From Chrysomallon squamiferum (taxonomy: Eukaryota; Animalia; Mollusca): DNA of 64,000 nt. Within the stretch, counting starts at the first letter, position 1. Every line of letters starts with the position of its first letter. Shown in pieces: positions 59,762-64,000 of this stretch. A program made the translations under genes and the position numbers. The notes beneath the pieces were generated by a model. The model was not told where the DNA came from and searched no databases. It saw nothing but the letters and a program-made list of their open reading frames with translations. The stretch covers positions 24,552,001 to 24,616,000 of the forward strand of contig CM022677.1 of NCBI GenBank assembly GCA_012295275.1. The letters run 5' to 3'.

Positions 59762-59819
59762 ATGGCTGGATTCTGGTTTGCGGTGAACTTCTGGGCGGCT
59801 TGCATAGCAGTGTCTACAG
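59762..59819 (+). CDS. G8 signal-peptide exon (MAGFWFAVNFWAACIAVST)
   Basis: ATG at 59762, 58 nt like the G1 leader, phase-1 donor ACAG|gttttg. Confidence 0.7.
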
Positions 59820-60013
59820 GTTTTGTTTTCTTCGACTTTAAGTGTAGCGTAAGATTAGACGACAAACAGAACGATTGCGTCTGATCACAAATTCAGTCGT
59901 GGTTGTTGTAGTTGTAGTAGTAATGATAATTGCGATACGGCTCCGAAGTAAAGAATTAAAAAGTAAAAAAAAAAAAAAAGAGAACAAAGATGAGAAAAAC
60001 AACGTAATAATGA

Positions 60014-60081
<68 letters not shown>

Positions 60082-60121
60082 ATAATAGCAGTAATAATAA
60101 TAATAATAATAATAATAATAT

Positions 60122-60398
<277 letters not shown>

Positions 60399-60585
60399 GT
60401 AATAATAATAATAATAATAATAATACTGCTAATAATAATAATAATCATAGTATTACTACTACTACCACTACTACTACTGCTAATAATAATAATAATAACA
60501 ACAGTAATACTAACACTAATAACCACTAACAACAATAACAACATTCTCGAGGCACTGATTCAAATTTTAACCCTGGATTTTGCAG

Positions 60586-60903
60586 ACGACTCTGTAGAAA
60601 TCACAGGATCAAACGCTGCAGTCATTGGCAAACCATACTACCTGTTCTGTAGCGTGGAGAACGTCACACACCCCATCGTTTTCGGAAGAAACTTCGGAGA
60701 CCGGTTTGGTGCCATCTGCTTGGTCGACCTGACATGCGTGCATCGCTTCAAAGTCGCCGACTACAGCTGCGAATGTTTCGGCGAAAGGGACGGCCGTAAA
60801 TACTTCAGGATGTCGATCCTGGCTCTGAGGAGCATGGACCACGCAGAGTGGAAATGCCAGCACGGAGAAGAGTACAGTGAAGTTTTGTCGTTCAGGGTTG
60901 AAG
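60586..60903 (+). CDS. G8 Ig-like domain exon 1 (DSVEITGSNAAVIGKPYYLFC...DHAEWKC...FRVE)
   Basis: ttttgcag acceptor and gtgcga donor, 318 nt, phase 1-1. Confidence 0.88.
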
Positions 60904-61222
60904 GTGCGAAGTGATAAAGAACATAGCGTTAAAACGAGTTGCTCTGTAGTTGTTGTGTTTCTGTTGTTGTTGTTGTTGTTGTTGTTATATTTTTAGACTG
61001 TTTATTTATATATACTGATTTTTTTAAATTGTTTTATACCTTTTTTTTTGTTGTTGTTGTTGTTGTTGTTGTGAATTTTGTTTCTTGAAAAATATTACCA
61101 CCACCACCACTACTACTACTACTACTATTACTACTACTACTACTACTACTACTACTAATAATAATAATAATAATAACAAACATAAGAAGAAGAAGAAAAA
61201 TAAATAAAAGAAGAAGATGATT

Positions 61223-61257
<35 letters not shown>

Positions 61258-61592
61258 GAGGAAGAAATGGAAAGATGATAATGAGAATAAGGATGAAAGT
61301 ATAAATTTATTAATCCCATATTTATTTATTTACTTATTTACTTATTTTCTTATTTATTTTATTTATTTTATTTTATTTACTTATTTATTTATGTATGTAT
61401 ATTTTTATTTAATTATTACATTATTTTATTTTATTTATTTATTTTATTTATTTATTTATTTTTATTTTGTTTTATTTTATTTATTTATTTTATTTATTTA
61501 TTTTTATTTTTTTTTATTTATTTTTTTTATTTTATTTTTTATTTTTTATTTTTTTTTTATTTTATTTATTTATTTATTTTATTTTATTTTTA

Positions 61593-61623
<31 letters not shown>

Positions 61624-61759
61624 ATTTTATTTATTTATTTATTTATTTATTTTTTTTTTATTTAATTTATTTTATTTACATATCTAATTATTTTATTTTA
61701 TTTTGTTTATCTACTTATTCACTTTCACACCAACTACAATCGAACTCTTACATTTCCAG

Positions 61760-62086
61760 AATTTTTCCTACTTATCCGGGGTGGTGATCTAGGGGTACTC
61801 GACGAACCATACAGCATTCTGTGCAGGGCGGATCCCATCCCGGACAAAATCTACCCGATCATTTTTCAAAGAAACGTGGGCCATGGCTTCAGCGGTCTTT
61901 GCACAATAACCATGGACTGTACGAACTTGTTCGTGGTCCCTAACTATTCCTGCGGCTGCCTGCAAATGAATTCACAACACAGGTTCTACAAACTGACGAT
62001 AGACAGTATGAGAAAAGTGGACCACGCCTTGTGGAGGTGTCAGCAAGGAAGGAGATACAGCAACTACATCACCTTCAAACTTCAGG
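61760..62086 (+). CDS. G8 Ig-like domain exon 2 (FFLLIRGGDLGVLDEPYSILC...DHALWRC...FKLQ)
   Basis: tttccag acceptor and gtaaga donor, 327 nt, phase 1-1. Confidence 0.88.
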
Positions 62087-62309
62087 GTAAGAACGCTGAA
62101 ATAGGGGGAAAAGTTGGTTTTTACTGGTTCTTAAAATCACACTGCTGCGATGGATGTCAGAGTGTTAAGAGTTATTTAGTGAACAGTGTTAGGATTTTGT
62201 GTCTGAATGGTAACAATGATGATGATGATGATGATGATGATGTTGATAATAATGATAACGATTTTGTGTCTGAATAGTAAGTATAATGATGATGATGATG
62301 ATGATGGTT

Positions 62310-62340
<31 letters not shown>

Positions 62341-62376
62341 TAATATTAATACTCACAACAATAATGATGATAATAA

Positions 62377-62423
<47 letters not shown>

Positions 62424-62456
62424 GATAACACTGATAATGGTTATAATGATAATGAT

Positions 62457-62492
<36 letters not shown>

Positions 62493-62520
62493 CACAACAG
62501 TAATGACGATAATAATGACG

Positions 62521-62558
<38 letters not shown>

Positions 62559-62586
62559 GATAATGGTTATAATAATAATGATAATA

Positions 62587-62629
<43 letters not shown>

Positions 62630-62630
62630 C

Positions 62631-62662
<32 letters not shown>

Positions 62663-62875
62663 TAATAATAATAATAATAATAATAACAAGAAGAAAAAGA
62701 AGAAGAAGAAATGATAAATATCAATAGTGATACAACAACAACAACTCCACCATCATCACCACCATCACTACCACCACCACCAACAACAACAACAAACAAA
62801 CAAAAACGACGATGGCAGTAACAGTTAAAACTGACTGAAGTCAAATTTTATTTCATTTTTTTTTTTTTTTTTCAG

Positions 62876-63193
62876 ACGTAAGCGTTTCTATGTACAGGTC
62901 AGTGACCCCAGTGCTCGGCAGTTCGTACTCTGTCTACTGTCTCGTTTTTCCGTCTAAAAACATCCTCGGCCCTTTGTCCTTTAAACGAAACTTCGGCTCG
63001 GGATTCTCGGTCGCTTGCGTCGTCGACAAAGACTGCAAAATGAGGCTGCCTCTATCTGAATACGTCTGTTCGTGCACGAAGACGGAATCGAAGATGCGAA
63101 TATACAACTTGAAAATAGTGAACCTGACTGCGATGGATATGCATCAGTGGCAGTGTATCATTGGAAAGTCAGTAAGCAACATAATTGTGATAA
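62876..63193 (+). CDS. G8 Ig-like domain exon 3 (VSVSMYRSVTPVLGSSYSVYC...DMHQWQC...NIIVI)
   Basis: Poly-T cag acceptor and gtaagt donor, 318 nt, phase 1-1. Confidence 0.88.
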
Positions 63194-63253
63194 GTAAGTA
63201 ATAAAAAAAAAATATATATATATATAAAAACGGCAAGGAAAAAAAAAAGTAAC

Positions 63254-63324
<71 letters not shown>

Positions 63325-63370
63325 AAGAAGAAGAAGAAAAAATAGTTTTAATGAATCCTCTATTTTGCAG

Positions 63371-63486
63371 ATCTATATTCATTTTCACATATTTTTCATA
63401 GTAATATTATACAATTATATCTTACGATTTTTGTTATCATCTTTATTTTCAACACTGTAATTACGTTGAACGATTTAATTATGTAA
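63371..63486 (+). CDS. G8 candidate terminal hydrophobic (TM/GPI-signal-like) exon (NLYSFSHIFHSNIIQLYLTIFVIIFIFNTVITLNDLIM*)
   Basis: First good acceptor (tattttgcag) after exon 3, open in phase 1 with a hydrophobic stretch. AT-rich DNA can mimic this. Confidence 0.45.
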
Positions 63487-64000
63487 ATTATAACGTACAC
63501 GACGGTTATTATGTTATATATTTATTTTCCATAATACTATTATAATAAATCATTATCTACAACTTTTTATTATAATCTGTATTTATTATCACATACTTTG
63601 GTTTTTTAACTACAGAATTATGCAAATTACAAATTGATTACGTTTGTTATGAATTTTATTATTATTATTTTTTTTATTTTTTTTTTTTTATTTTTTATTT
63701 TCACAACATATAAATTATGTTTTACTTCTGTTGTTATTTTCTCTATCTATGTTCACATAGTTTACTTTGGTCTTTCTGCACTTTCGTCTCGTCAATGTAC
63801 AACCTTATTTCTTTTAAATTAATTACCCTGAGAAAAGTGAAAATGAATTATAAACTGATTAAAATATTTTCTTTCATTTTTCAGAATGAGGCTAACGTTT
63901 GCAGCTGAAATAAGCAAGAGAGATCGCGTATCCCAACATTTTCTTTTCTTTTCTATTTTTGTTTGTTTGTTTTAAATATTTATCTGTCTGTTATGGTTGG

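Overview
Eukaryotic, very AT-rich and microsatellite-saturated genomic DNA. The style suggests an invertebrate, possibly a mollusc such as a cephalopod, but that is inference only. There is a 200-N assembly gap at 6064-6263, and most ORF-track calls are microsatellite artefacts. The dominant signal is a cluster of 30 single-domain, Cys-rich, Ig-like exons (mostly exactly 327 nt; internal ones phase 1-1) that I group into 8 gene models. G1 (-, 11344->863) has a leader + 3 domains. Five tandem ~5.5-7.3 kb cassettes U1-U5 (-, ~12000-42870) each have a leader exon, domains A, B, C, D and a 3-codon terminal exon, giving a ~468-aa secreted protein. G7 (-, 48183->44813) has 4 domains and no leader found. 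G8 (+, 59762->63486) has a leader + 3 domains and a candidate hydrophobic anchor exon. The domain keeps the Ig B- and F-strand Cys but has F instead of W in strand C, DxxxWxC in strand F, and four extra Cys (C-x5-C...C-x-C). The cassettes are mosaics of one another with localised variation. The window also has two copies of the 3' exons of an unrelated single-pass membrane protein gene; one is circularly permuted and lies inside a G1 intron. Two 3' exons of an NMES1/C15orf48 (B12D family)-like gene and several small DNA-transposon remnants complete the picture. All gene models are read by eye from splice signals and reading frame, without transcript evidence.
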